Part shown: positions 1 to 8,415 of the stretch, one piece after another
Position numbering within the stretch: position 1 is the stretch's first letter
Layout: each line of letters starts with the position of its first letter
Origin: an uncultured Sulfuricella sp.
GTDB taxonomy: Bacteria; Pseudomonadota; Gammaproteobacteria; Burkholderiales; Sulfuricellaceae
Assembly (NCBI GenBank): GCA_964351305.1
Contig: CAYGNO010000001.1
Location: 5,332-37,331, forward strand
DNA length: 32,000 nucleotides
Direction of reading: 5' to 3'
Program-made: the position numbers and the translations under genes
The notes under the pieces: generated by a model
What the model saw: only the letters and a program-made list of their open reading frames with translations
Database searches by the model: none
Told to the model about the DNA's origin: nothing

Positions 1-1515
1 GTAGCCCGCAATGAGTCCGGCCAGGAACAGGCAGACACCCGCAATGGCGGCGTAGATAAGGGCGCCGCTGCCGATGGGGTTGATTTCGGCCAGCAGGTAC
101 TGGGCTTTTACCGGACTAACGAAATGTGCTCCTGTCTGCCAGTACACCGCCAGCGCCAACAGCATGGCGCTGGGCACGGCCAGCCCAATGTTGCCGGCAA
201 TGGCTGCGATCTGGCTGCGCACCATGCGCGCGATCAGATCCACCAGCGGATCCAGATCGCGCTCGCGCCCGGATCCTTCACCAATGGCGGCAGCGATGGC
301 GTTGGCGGTCATTGCGGGCTGTTTTGTAGCCACGGTGAAGTGCAGCATGTGGATCAGCACGAAACCCAAGCCATAGTTGAGGCAGAAGGCCAGTATTTCA
401 GTCAGCGGCGCCAACCCCAGCCTGCCGAGCAGGAGCTTGCTGGCCGCCATGAAGGCGATGATGAAACCGCCGCCGATGGCCGAGCGCAAGATGCCGAAAT
501 ATTCTGGTCGGTTCTCGCTGATGTAGTGTTCCCCGGTGTGACCGGCGTTCTCCGTGACCCGCAGCGCCACCAGCTCCAGATTTTGGCGCCAGAAACGCCG
601 CAGATCGTTGCGGCGGCACTCGGCTACGGCCAGTTTCTGCCACAGTTCGGCACTGCGTTCGATGATCAGGCTGTCCTCCCCGTGCTCCAGGGCGGCGACC
701 AGCGCGATCAGGGTCTGGGCGCGATCAAGGTGCTGGCGCAGGCGGCGCAGGCGAAAAGTGAGATGGAAGCTGGCCCCCTGCTGTTGTGCCCGGCGGCGCA
801 CGCGCTCGATGGTTGCATGGCACTGTTCCAGCAGCACCAGATAATGCCGCTCGTCTTCGAGCTGCGTGGCGTTTTCCTGATTTGCCTGTTTGGCAAGGCC
901 GGCGAAGGCCAGGGCTTCCTCGCACTGGGCCAGGAAGGGCGAATCATGGTTTTCGAGGTGCGGGTCGAGGCGCAGCATTTCCGGCTCAAGTCCGCTGGCC
1001 GCGATGCGGTGAGCGACCACCCGCAGGGATTCGCGCAGATCTTCCACCAAGCGGCAAAGACCTGCCTTGTCTTCCGCCTCGTCGAAGCGCAGGGCGCGAA
1101 TCAGGGCGATCCACTCGACCGTCGGGATTTGCTCCAGCCAGCGCGTATCGCGTCGCCGGAAAATGCGACCAAACACGTCCTTCATCTGAACAGGGTCTTC
1201 GGCCTCGGGCAGCAGTTTATGCGAGAGGCGCCGCTGGGTTTCAGCCATCACGCCGGTTTCAGGATAGATGCCGGAGGTGGCGAACAGCAGCACCGAGCGG
1301 CGCTGCGTAAAAAGCTCGAGCAGCGCCCGGCGCAGGCCACTACGAAATTCCGGTCCGGCTTCGAGCAAGCGGCACAGCTCGTGCAGTTTCTCCATTGCGC
1401 CATCGGCGTCCCCATTATGCGTCGGACGCAGAACGCCTACCAGCGCGGCCAGCCGATAAAGTGTTTCGGCATTGGGAAGAGAGAACCCTTCGAGAGTTTT
1501 TTGCAGTGAAGTCAT
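1..1515 (-). CDS. Partial (3' end beyond window edge) membrane protein of the family usually annotated 'site-specific recombinase' (Gcr / SpecificRecomb-like); function unproven
   Basis: Absent from the ORF track because it runs off the left edge. I reverse-complemented and translated it line by line from ATG 1515..1513: MTSLQKTLEGFSLPNAETLYRLAALVGVLRPTHNGDADGAMEKLHELCRLLEAGPEFRSGL... ...ENAGHTGEHYISENRPEYFGILRSAIGGGFIIAFMAASKLLLGRLGLAPL... There is no stop through position 1 (505 codons). The + strand ORF 124..1509 is its antisense shadow. Family call is from remembered motifs only. Confidence 0.6.
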   Translation of the reverse strand, partial: MTSLQKTLEGFSLPNAETLYRLAALVGVLRPTHNGDADGAMEKLHELCRLLEAGPEFRSGLRRALLELFTQRRSVLLFATSGIYPETGVMAETQRRLSHKLLPEAEDPVQMKDVFGRIFRRRDTRWLEQIPTVEWIALIRALRFDEAEDKAGLCRLVEDLRESLRVVAHRIAASGLEPEMLRLDPHLENHDSPFLAQCEEALAFAGLAKQANQENATQLEDERHYLVLLEQCHATIERVRRRAQQQGASFHLTFRLRRLRQHLDRAQTLIALVAALEHGEDSLIIERSAELWQKLAVAECRRNDLRRFWRQNLELVALRVTENAGHTGEHYISENRPEYFGILRSAIGGGFIIAFMAASKLLLGRLGLAPLTEILAFCLNYGLGFVLIHMLHFTVATKQPAMTANAIAAAIGEGSGRERDLDPLVDLIARMVRSQIAAIAGNIGLAVPSAMLLALAVYWQTGAHFVSPVKAQYLLAEINPIGSGALIYAAIAGVCLFLAGLIAGY

Positions 1516-1626
1516 GGGAGGATCGGGAAAAAGAGGAGGGAAGGCTCAGTCGAAGTAAAAAGTGTAGCGCGTATCCAGTGATGTTGTAATTGAGTGAATT
1601 TAATCATGACTGCTTACCCCTCCCGA

Positions 1627-1647
1627 CCTCCCCCTTGAAGGGGGAGG
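1627..1647. repeat. G/C-rich perfect hairpin (REP-like) in the gap downstream of the usp gene
   Basis: CCTCCCCC-TTGAA-GGGGGAGG forms an 8-bp perfect stem about 115 nt past the usp stop. No U-tract follows on either strand, so it is not a convincing intrinsic terminator. Confidence 0.4.
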
Positions 1648-1761
1648 GGCCTCTGTTTCAAGATGTGTGCATAGATTCACCCTGCACGGAGAAAGATGGC
1701 CAGATACGCCGTAGATGGAGAACAAGCGCAGCCCGCTGTCTGTGTGTCTCGCGGCGCGGTT

Positions 1762-2640
1762 TCAGTAGCACAACAGCACGTCGCACTCCGCCGCGCTGGC
1801 GACGTCCTTGCTGACGCTGCCCAGCAGCAATTCCTGCATGCCGCTCTTGCCGTGGCGGCCAAGGACGATCAGGTCGGCGCGCAGGGTCGTGGCGCGCTCG
1901 CAGATGGCGGCGGCGGGATAGGCCGCCATGACGTGGCGCGTGACGTTCCCGTCGTTCAGTCCAGCCAACGCGATATCCAGCCGGTTTTCCGCATCCTTCA
2001 GGACGCGTGCCTGACGATCCAGGATGAACGCCTCGTCCATCCCCGCCTGGCGCATCCTGTCATCATGCTCGGTAGCGTAAACATGCAGCACCTCGATCCG
2101 CGCACCCGATGCGACGGCGCGGGCGAGTTCCACGGCATTGATCGATCCCGGTGAAAAATCCACTGCGGCGATGGCGCTTTGATAGGGTTCCGTCTTCGCG
2201 TTCCTGACGATCAGCACCGGGCAGGTCGCCAGCCGCAACAGCCGGGAGGCGGTGGAGCCCAGCAGCAGGTCGAGCAGGGTGTTCTCGCCGCGCGCGCCGG
2301 TCACCACCAGGCCGGCGGCCTTGGCCGCAGCATAGCCGGCGATCTCGGTGTGGGCGCGACCGATGCGCGTGGCGGCCACCACCGGGATGGCGAAATCCTT
2401 GCGCAGGCTGGCGGCCAGGGTATCGAGCCGGGTTTTGCCCGCCGCATGCAATGCCTGCTCATGGTGCAGCCGGAAATCGGCTGCGGGATCCGGCCCCGGA
2501 TACAGTTCCAGGGGATGCACCACGTGCAGCAGGTGCATTTCCGCGCCGAGCTGTTGCGCGATCAGCGCAGCGCGCCGCACCGCCCGCCCGGCAGCGGCGG
2601 AAAAATCGGTGGCGGCGACGATAGGGGCGATGGGTTGCAT
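1762..2640 (-). CDS. Universal stress protein with tandem UspA domains
   Basis: Track ORF 1762..2769 trimmed to the ATG at 2640 (MQPIAPIVAATDFSAAAGRAVRRAALIAQQLGAEMHLLHVV...), with a GAGGAAG SD a few nt upstream. It has two Usp-like halves. The second ends GRHGKSGMQELLLGSVSKDVASAAECDVLL, a typical Usp nucleotide-binding tail. Confidence 0.85.
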   Translation of the reverse strand: MQPIAPIVAATDFSAAAGRAVRRAALIAQQLGAEMHLLHVVHPLELYPGPDPAADFRLHHEQALHAAGKTRLDTLAASLRKDFAIPVVAATRIGRAHTEIAGYAAAKAAGLVVTGARGENTLLDLLLGSTASRLLRLATCPVLIVRNAKTEPYQSAIAAVDFSPGSINAVELARAVASGARIEVLHVYATEHDDRMRQAGMDEAFILDRQARVLKDAENRLDIALAGLNDGNVTRHVMAAYPAAAICERATTLRADLIVLGRHGKSGMQELLLGSVSKDVASAAECDVLLCY

Positions 2641-2927
2641 GATTCTTCCTCGGTTCGATTTCGGGTTCAAGAAGACGCTCAGCGATAGGAGACCTGATTT
2701 TCTCCCTGCTCCAGTATACGCTGGCCGGATTCGCCATGCACCACAGCCGCGTGGCATCGAGCCGGGCACCGCTCTCGCGGGCCGGCAGGCTGTGCAGGCG
2801 CTTTATGGGGTGACCTCCGGCGGCTTTCCATGTGGCACTTCCAGGCCCGCGACCGCCTGTTGCAGGGCTAGCGCGAGGCGCTGGCCAAAGGGGGCGAGGC
2901 CAATGAGGACGGGACTGAGACTCGCGC

Positions 2928-3734
2928 TCATGATCGGGGGCTCCTGCCGAGGGGGATCGGGGTCAAAGGCGTCTCGCCGTGCGTCAGGCGGCGGCGCCGC
3001 ACATGGCGCAGCAGACCATAGCCCGCCAGGGCGGCGAGCAGATGTTTGAGGGTGTGCCCGCTCACGCTCCCGCTCAGATCGAAAATGGGCCGGTCCAGCC
3101 ATTCCAGCGCCAGCGCCAGGGCGTAGAGCCCCAGCACCGCGAGCAGGTCGCCGCCGCGGGTATAGCGCGCCGGCATCAGCCACAGCAACAGCGGCACAAG
3201 CAGCATGGGGGTGAACTGCACCAGGCCGTAGGCGCGCAGATCACCCGCCCCGGCGGCCTCGGTCGCCACCCACCAGAGCACCGCGGTCGGCCCCGCCACG
3301 AGCAGCGCCGGCAGGGCGGCAAGGCCGCAGCGCAAACCCAGCCGTTCCGTCAGCACGGCGGCGGCGAAACCGGCGAAAACCACGCTCATGGCCAGGCGAT
3401 CCCATGCCAGCCGCGCATCGGTCGGCTCCAGATGATACCAGCCGGAAGCGATGCCGGTGAGGACGAGTCCGGCGTAGAACACGGCATACGCCCAGCGCTC
3501 GCGCGGGTCGGCGAACACCCCAGCGGACAGCCGCGCCAATCCCGCCGCCCCGACGACGAGAAAGAGCGCGTTGGAAGTCACGTCGAGAAAATTCGGTACG
3601 CCCAGCCAGGCGCGCCGGTCGGCGAAGTCGTGATACCACTGCGGCTGGGCAATGGGCGGCACGAAGGCGAACACCGCCGCCACGATGGCGGCGGCGAACG
3701 CGGCGATCAGAGCGATCCGCCCGCGCTCACTCAT
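2928..3734 (-). CDS. Ceramidase-domain (alkaline phytoceramidase-like) polytopic membrane protein
   Basis: Track ORF 2928..3785 trimmed to the ATG at 3734 (MSERGRIALIAAFAAAIVAAVFAF...). It has multiple hydrophobic helices and the SGWYHLEPTD and SGHTLKHLLAALAG motifs that I associate with bacterial ceramidase-domain proteins. Its start overlaps the stop of the upstream ORF (ATGAGTGA). Confidence 0.65.
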   Translation of the reverse strand: MSERGRIALIAAFAAAIVAAVFAFVPPIAQPQWYHDFADRRAWLGVPNFLDVTSNALFLVVGAAGLARLSAGVFADPRERWAYAVFYAGLVLTGIASGWYHLEPTDARLAWDRLAMSVVFAGFAAAVLTERLGLRCGLAALPALLVAGPTAVLWWVATEAAGAGDLRAYGLVQFTPMLLVPLLLWLMPARYTRGGDLLAVLGLYALALALEWLDRPIFDLSGSVSGHTLKHLLAALAGYGLLRHVRRRRLTHGETPLTPIPLGRSPRS

Positions 3735-4008
3735 CCGCCCGCTCCGACAGCAGCAGATAGGTGGCCCGGCCCATGCGCCGGGCATCGGGCAATTCCTCGC
3801 TCCAGAATGGCCAGGACAAGATATGGGCGAGACTCAAATCGACATGGCCGAGGATGCGGTGGATGAGGAACGCCCGCGCCAGCGCCGATTCGTAGGCGCG
3901 CGAGGGCGAGCAGCCAGTCAGCTCCATAAGGCCAAAAACAACGAAAACCCAGAGCGCAAGACTATGCATCATCCCGGAAACCCCGGTTGACCGCTTATTG
4001 GTGTGCAT
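3727..4008 (-). CDS. Small hypothetical lipoprotein (start uncertain)
   Basis: Track ORF 3727..4023 begins with TTG. In-frame ATGs lie at 4008 and at 3972/3969. With the 4008 start it reads MHTNKRSTGVSGMMHSLALWVFVVFGLMELTGC, which gives a basic n-region, a hydrophobic core and an LTGC lipobox. Its 8-nt overlap with the downstream gene supports translation. Confidence 0.45.
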   Translation of the reverse strand: MHTNKRSTGVSGMMHSLALWVFVVFGLMELTGCSPSRAYESALARAFLIHRILGHVDLSLAHILSWPFWSEELPDARRMGRATYLLLSERADE

Positions 4009-4098
4009 AGTGCAATGATTCAAACAGATTTTGCGTCATTTTACCGTCTCACCGATCGGGTGAGCGCGCTACGGTCGTGGGTTCCTCGGGTTGGCCGC

Positions 4099-4863
4099 CT
4101 ATCCTCCGCCGCCCGATGATTTCTGGCGGGTCAGCAATTCCATGAAATCCCCCGGCACCGGAAAAACGATGGTGTTGGTCTTGTCGCCGGCGATGCCGGC
4201 GAGCGTCTGCAGGTAGCGCAGCTGCATCGCCTCCGGCTGGCGCGCAAGGATTTGCGCGGCTTGCAGCAACTTCTCCGAGGCTTGCAGTTCGCCTTCGGCG
4301 TGGATCACCTTGGCGCGCCGCTCCCGCTCCGCCTCGGCCTGCTTGGCAATGGCGCGCACCATCGACTCGTCGATGTCGACGTGCTTGATTTCCACATTGG
4401 CCACCTTGATTCCCCAGGCATCGGTTTGCGTGTCCAGCGCCAGCTGGATGTCCAGGTTGAGCCGCTCGCGCTCGGCCAGCATTTCATCCAGTTCGTGCTT
4501 GCCGAGCACCGCCCGCAGCGTGGTCTGCGCGAGCTGGCTGGTGGCATTGAGAAAGTCCTCGACCTCGATGATCGCCTTCTGCGGATCGATCACGCGCAAA
4601 TACACCACCGCGTTGACCTTGACCGACACGTTGTCGCGCGAAATAACGTCCTGGGTCGGCACATCGAGCACCACCGTGCGCAAATCGACGCGCACCATCT
4701 GCTGGATGCCGGGAATCACTACCACCAGGCCCGGCCCCTTGACCTTCCAGAAGCGGCCGAGCATGAACACCACGCCGCGCTCGTATTCGCGCAGGATGCG
4801 AAACGATGCGGCCACCAGTACGACAATCACCAATGCGACACCGCCAAACCCGAACTCGAACAT
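4099..4863 (-). CDS. SPFH/Band-7 stomatin-like protein
   Basis: Track ORF trimmed to the ATG at 4863 ([63 protein letters not shown]...). An AAGGAG SD lies inside the 3' end of nfeD, and the gap to the nfeD stop is 2 nt. N-terminal TM anchor followed by an SPFH core. Confidence 0.9.
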   Translation of the reverse strand: MFEFGFGGVALVIVVLVAASFRILREYERGVVFMLGRFWKVKGPGLVVVIPGIQQMVRVDLRTVVLDVPTQDVISRDNVSVKVNAVVYLRVIDPQKAIIEVEDFLNATSQLAQTTLRAVLGKHELDEMLAERERLNLDIQLALDTQTDAWGIKVANVEIKHVDIDESMVRAIAKQAEAERERRAKVIHAEGELQASEKLLQAAQILARQPEAMQLRYLQTLAGIAGDKTNTIVFPVPGDFMELLTRQKSSGGGG

Positions 4864-4865
4864 GA

Positions 4866-6263
4866 TTACTCTCCTTTGGTTTCTGCTTCCATGGGTTTGA
4901 CCTGGAGCACCAGGCCGTCTCGGGCCAGAACACGCATTTTCTGCCCGCGCTGCAGGGGAGACCGGGCCTGCACGCGCCAGTTCTCGCCGTGCACCCGCGC
5001 CCATCCTTCAGTTTCGGTATCCTCCAGCATTTCGCCGACGCTGCCGATCAGCTCTTCGTCGCCGCTCACCACCCGGCGGCGGCGCGCCTTGATTGCCATG
5101 CCGCCGACCAGCCCGAGCAGGAGCGCGCTCGCCACGGCGATGGCGACGATCAGTTCGAGCGGGATGCCGAAGCCCGGCAGTTCGGTGTCGATCAGGATCA
5201 CCCCGCCGGCCACGAAAGCGGCAATGCCGCCGATGCCGAGCACACCGAAGCCGGGAAAAAACGCCTCGGCGACCATGAACGAAATGCCCAGCAGGATCAG
5301 CGCCAGCCCGGCGTAGTTCACCGGCAACAGATTCAGGGCATACAGCGCCAGCAGCAGGCAGATCCCGCCAAGCACCCCGGCCACGCCAAAACCGGGCGAG
5401 GTGAACTCGAAGAACAGCCCGTAGACGCCGATCATCATCAGGATCAGGGCGATGCTGGGGTCGGTGATTACCGCCAGCAGCCCGGCGCGCCAGTCCGGCT
5501 CGTAGGCGAGCAGCGGCGCGCCCGCAGTCGCCAGCAGAACTTCCCCGCCGAGCGTGTTCACCTTCCTGCCGTCGAGCTGCCGCAACAGTTGCGGCAGATC
5601 GGCGGCGACGTAATCAACCACCTTGAGCTTCAGCGCGTCCTCGGCCGGCAGGCTGACCGCCTCGCGCACCGCTTGCTCCGCCCACTCCGCGTTGCGGCCG
5701 CGCATCTGCGCCAGGCTGCGGATATAGGCGGCGGCATCGCTGACCTGCTTGCGGCTCATGGCCTGTCTGGAAGTGCCTCCCGGAGCCTGGGCGTCATCGG
5801 GTTTCGCTGCGTTCCCGGTCGGAGCTGGCGCGGGTTTCTTCGGCTCGGAAAAATCGGGCATACCGCCGATCTGCACCGGGGTGGCGGCCCCCAGGTTGGT
5901 GCCCGGAGCCATCGCGGCGACATGGCTGGCGTAGAGGATGTAGGTGCCGGCGCTGGCGGCGCGCGCGCCGCTCGGCGCGACATAGGCCGCCACCGGCACC
6001 TCTGATGCGAGGATCGCCTTGATGATCTGCCGCATCGAGGTATCCAGGCCGCCCGGCGTATCCATCTGCAGCACCGCCAATTGCGCCTTCTGCCCGGCGG
6101 CATGCGCCAGGCCGCGCACGACGTAGTCCGCGGTCGCGGGGCCGATCGCCCCTTCGACCTTCAGCGCCATCACTGGCGGCGAAGCCGCCATCAGCCAGCC
6201 GGGCGCTAGAAGCAGCAGCGCCAGCGCCAAGCGAAATGCAACTGCCCGTATTCGCATTCTCAT
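4866..6263 (-). CDS. nfeD: Long-form NfeD membrane-bound ClpP-class serine protease (stomatin operon partner)
   Basis: 465 aa. Signal-like N-terminus [27 protein letters not shown], then a ClpP-like domain ([16 protein letters not shown]...), a central polytopic block, and a C-terminal OB-fold ([38 protein letters not shown]). Canonical pairing with the stomatin gene directly downstream. Confidence 0.9.
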   Translation of the reverse strand: MRMRIRAVAFRLALALLLLAPGWLMAASPPVMALKVEGAIGPATADYVVRGLAHAAGQKAQLAVLQMDTPGGLDTSMRQIIKAILASEVPVAAYVAPSGARAASAGTYILYASHVAAMAPGTNLGAATPVQIGGMPDFSEPKKPAPAPTGNAAKPDDAQAPGGTSRQAMSRKQVSDAAAYIRSLAQMRGRNAEWAEQAVREAVSLPAEDALKLKVVDYVAADLPQLLRQLDGRKVNTLGGEVLLATAGAPLLAYEPDWRAGLLAVITDPSIALILMMIGVYGLFFEFTSPGFGVAGVLGGICLLLALYALNLLPVNYAGLALILLGISFMVAEAFFPGFGVLGIGGIAAFVAGGVILIDTELPGFGIPLELIVAIAVASALLLGLVGGMAIKARRRRVVSGDEELIGSVGEMLEDTETEGWARVHGENWRVQARSPLQRGQKMRVLARDGLVLQVKPMEAETKGE

Positions 6264-6353
6264 GTCCTGGGAGCCCTCGCCGTTATGAGCAACATGATGC
6301 CGGAATCGCGCATCGCCTTGCCCCCAATCTTCTTTAAACCCGGTCGTTACACA

Positions 6354-6509
6354 TCATCCCGCCAGGGGAAAGGCTTCAGCCGTATAGCTGATCGCCAGGG
6401 CGCCAAGCCTCTTGTTGAGCCCCATGGTCGGCACCACCAGCAGGTACTGGCCCGGAGGGGATTCCAGAATCCGCACTTGCGGGACTTCCTGAATCTCTTG
6501 CTCAGCCAT
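6354..6509 (-). CDS. Possible 51-aa protein (below the track cut-off)
   Basis: Hand-translated: MAEQEIQEVPQVRILESPPGQYLLVVPTMGLNKRLGALAISYTAEAFPLAG*. A GAGGGGAG SD lies immediately upstream of the ATG (6509..6507). No recognisable family. Confidence 0.3.
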   Translation of the reverse strand: MAEQEIQEVPQVRILESPPGQYLLVVPTMGLNKRLGALAISYTAEAFPLAG

Positions 6510-6530
6510 GACTCCCCTCTTCTCAATATC

Positions 6531-6557
6531 AAAGAAAACTGCCGCTTGAGGCGCAGC
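6531..6557 (-). terminator. Weak candidate intrinsic terminator after the lipoprotein gene
   Basis: On the minus strand GCUGC-GCCUCAA-GCGGC forms a 5-bp stem with one G.U pair. It is followed by AGUUUUCUUUG, about 75 nt past the stop at 6630. Confidence 0.3.
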
Positions 6558-6629
6558 AAACTGCCATCTGAGCGCCCACGCCGAAATTCAGTATAGCAGC
6601 GTCACGACGGCTAGCAGCCTGTCCTTACT

Positions 6630-7073
6630 TCATTCCTGGTTATTATGCGTGGACTGCTTTAAATGATCGATGGCCGCTTGCACACCCGCCTTAAAATCCT
6701 TCCAGGCCTCACCGGTTGCCGACTTCAATTCGTCGAGCTTTTCCGCGGCGGCCTTCTGTTCCTGCTGCAAGCGCTTGACCTGCTCATCCAGTTTCACCTT
6801 GGCTTCCCCGGTCGCCTCTTGCGCTTTTTTCTTGAGCTCTTCCATTTTCGGGTTGAGCTCATCCAAATCCTTTTGCGCCTTGCCGACGAACTCGTCGCGC
6901 TCCTGCTTCGCATACTCCATGGCGGTGCCGATGGCCTCCTTGGCCTCCTTTTTCACGTCCTCGGCGCTCACTTTGGACGGGGGTCTGTCTTCTTCCTTCT
7001 TGCTGCAAGCCGATACGGCCAACAGGAAGCCCAATAAGAAGGCCAGCAACAAGCGGTTCATGTTCGTTTTCAT
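6630..7073 (-). CDS. LEA/apolipoprotein-like, highly charged coiled-coil lipoprotein
   Basis: MKTNMNRLLLAFLLGFLLAVSAC carries a VSAC lipobox. The rest is a K/E/A/Q-rich helical sequence (DVKKEAKEAIGTAMEYAKQERDEFVGKAQKDLDELNPKMEELKKKAQEATGEAKVKLDEQVKRLQQEQKAAAEKLDELK...). A GAAGGAA SD lies 7 nt upstream of the ATG at 7073. Confidence 0.75.
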   Translation of the reverse strand: MKTNMNRLLLAFLLGFLLAVSACSKKEEDRPPSKVSAEDVKKEAKEAIGTAMEYAKQERDEFVGKAQKDLDELNPKMEELKKKAQEATGEAKVKLDEQVKRLQQEQKAAAEKLDELKSATGEAWKDFKAGVQAAIDHLKQSTHNNQE

Positions 7074-7192
7074 TTCGAGTTTCCTTCAACGATGTTCGGG
7101 TTGCAGTACGATGAATTCCCCTGTTTAAAATGAGCGGCAATTTTTCGCGGCAGGCTCATAAAGCTGGCGTAATTTTTTATCCAACGCAGCCA

Positions 7193-8401
7193 CTATTTGT
7201 TGTCCTCATCCACGGCCATTTTCAGCATTTCAAAAATACCAGGGATGGCTGTGGTCACCCGGTTCCAGTTCGGGATGAGCGGCGTGGTCATCGGATTTTC
7301 CATGAACACCCGGGTTGCCATGGCGATGGCTTTGGTAAATGCCTCCACCGCCATTGCCTCTTCGTGCCGGTCAAACCTGAGGCCGTTGATTGCTGCATCC
7401 GCTTCGTATTTCATGATCGTATCCTCGGCCTGCCGCAGGTAGGATACGAGCAAGGATTTGAATAAACCGTCCGAAAACACCACCCCTTCCGAGGCTAAGG
7501 TCCTGAAGATGGATTTGCAGATATCCACCGTCATTTTCATCAACCCCTTGTTTGCATCATCGGCAGAAAGCGCCTGGTGTTTGTGTTCGTAGTTCGCCGC
7601 GATATCCACCTGGCAAACCCGGCGATGCGAATAGTTGCGGTGCACTTCGGCCAGGGAGCCCACCTCCAGCCCCCAGTCCCACGGGATCCGGTTCGTCCGG
7701 GCCAGATCGGTAATCATGCAGATCTCCCCGGAGAGGGGGTAGCGGAAGCTGTCGAGGAAAGCGAGAAAATCATGCGGCCCGATGAGTTGCTGGAGGGATC
7801 TGGCCAGCGGCGTCACCAATAGGCGGGTAACGCGGCCGTTCAATTTGCCGGATACCCGGCTGTAGTACCCTTTGCAAAACACATAGTCCAGGTTGGGATT
7901 GACTACGGGGTAGCACAACCGCGCCAGCAGTTCGCGGCTGTAAGTAACGATATCGCAATCGTGCAGGGCAATGACGTCGGACCGGCCCCGCGCCAGCACA
8001 TATCCGTAAGCAAGCCATGCCGAGCGCCCCTTGCCGCGCTCGCCCACATTGAATCCGTTGCGGGCGAATGTTTCATAGATTTCGCTGATCCTTTTGCCGT
8101 CATTGTGAATGATCTTGACCTCCGTCGAGATCGGCGCCATGAACTCCTGTACCCGCCGGAAATCTTTCTCCGAGCCCTTGTCCAGAACCAGTACGATTTC
8201 GTTCAGATACTTGACCTTGGCAAGTTCCTGGACGATTCCCGGCATGGCCGGTCCTTCGAATTCCGAATAAAGGGCCGGCAATACCAAAGCCACAGGCCTG
8301 GTTTTCGAAAAGCCGTACAATTCGGATTCCAGACGCTCAAGCGAAGGTTTGCCGAGCTGATGGAGGGTCGTAATGATTCCTGACTGGTAAAAATCGGACA
8401 C
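7193..8401 (-). CDS. gpgS: Glucosyl-3-phosphoglycerate synthase-type glycosyltransferase (GT81 family; GpgS/MpgS class, ~400-aa form)
   Basis: GTG start at 8401 with a GGAGGA SD 6 nt upstream. MSDFYQSGIITTLHQLG... N-terminus, then VALVLPALYSEF, GKGRSAWLAYGY, the DxD-like HDCDI motif, GRVTRLLVTPLARSL, YPLSGEICM and WGLEVGSLAEV. These follow the order of GT81 GpgS motifs as I recall them from the mycobacterial and Persephonella enzymes. Donor and acceptor specificity are not provable from sequence. Confidence 0.75.
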   Translation of the reverse strand: MSDFYQSGIITTLHQLGKPSLERLESELYGFSKTRPVALVLPALYSEFEGPAMPGIVQELAKVKYLNEIVLVLDKGSEKDFRRVQEFMAPISTEVKIIHNDGKRISEIYETFARNGFNVGERGKGRSAWLAYGYVLARGRSDVIALHDCDIVTYSRELLARLCYPVVNPNLDYVFCKGYYSRVSGKLNGRVTRLLVTPLARSLQQLIGPHDFLAFLDSFRYPLSGEICMITDLARTNRIPWDWGLEVGSLAEVHRNYSHRRVCQVDIAANYEHKHQALSADDANKGLMKMTVDICKSIFRTLASEGVVFSDGLFKSLLVSYLRQAEDTIMKYEADAAINGLRFDRHEEAMAVEAFTKAIAMATRVFMENPMTTPLIPNWNRVTTAIPGIFEMLKMAVDEDNK

Positions 8402-8415
8402 GGCTGATCCTCCGG

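Noticed and set aside
124-1509. 461-aa + strand ORF, the longest track ORF at the left end
   Set aside because: Its composition is R/Q/H/G/A-rich with no recognisable domain. It is exactly antisense to an uninterrupted, well-behaved minus-strand frame (1..1515), so it is a typical high-GC shadow ORF.
4048-4064. Hairpin CTCACC-GATCG-GGTGAG downstream of the stomatin gene as an intrinsic terminator
   Set aside because: The stem is only 6 bp and no U-tract follows on the minus strand. That is not enough evidence to annotate it.
4252-6005. + strand ORFs 4252..5316 (354 aa) and 4989..6005 (338 aa)
   Set aside because: They are antisense shadows of the stomatin and nfeD genes. They have a low-complexity R/H/Q/D composition, no SD and no family resemblance.
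6285-6596. ORFs 6285..6596 + (103 aa) and 6347..6559 - (70 aa, TTG start) in the nfeD-lipoprotein gap
   Set aside because: They have no SD and an implausible R/W/C-rich or low-complexity composition. The only credible coding signal in the gap is the 51-codon ORF with a strong SD.
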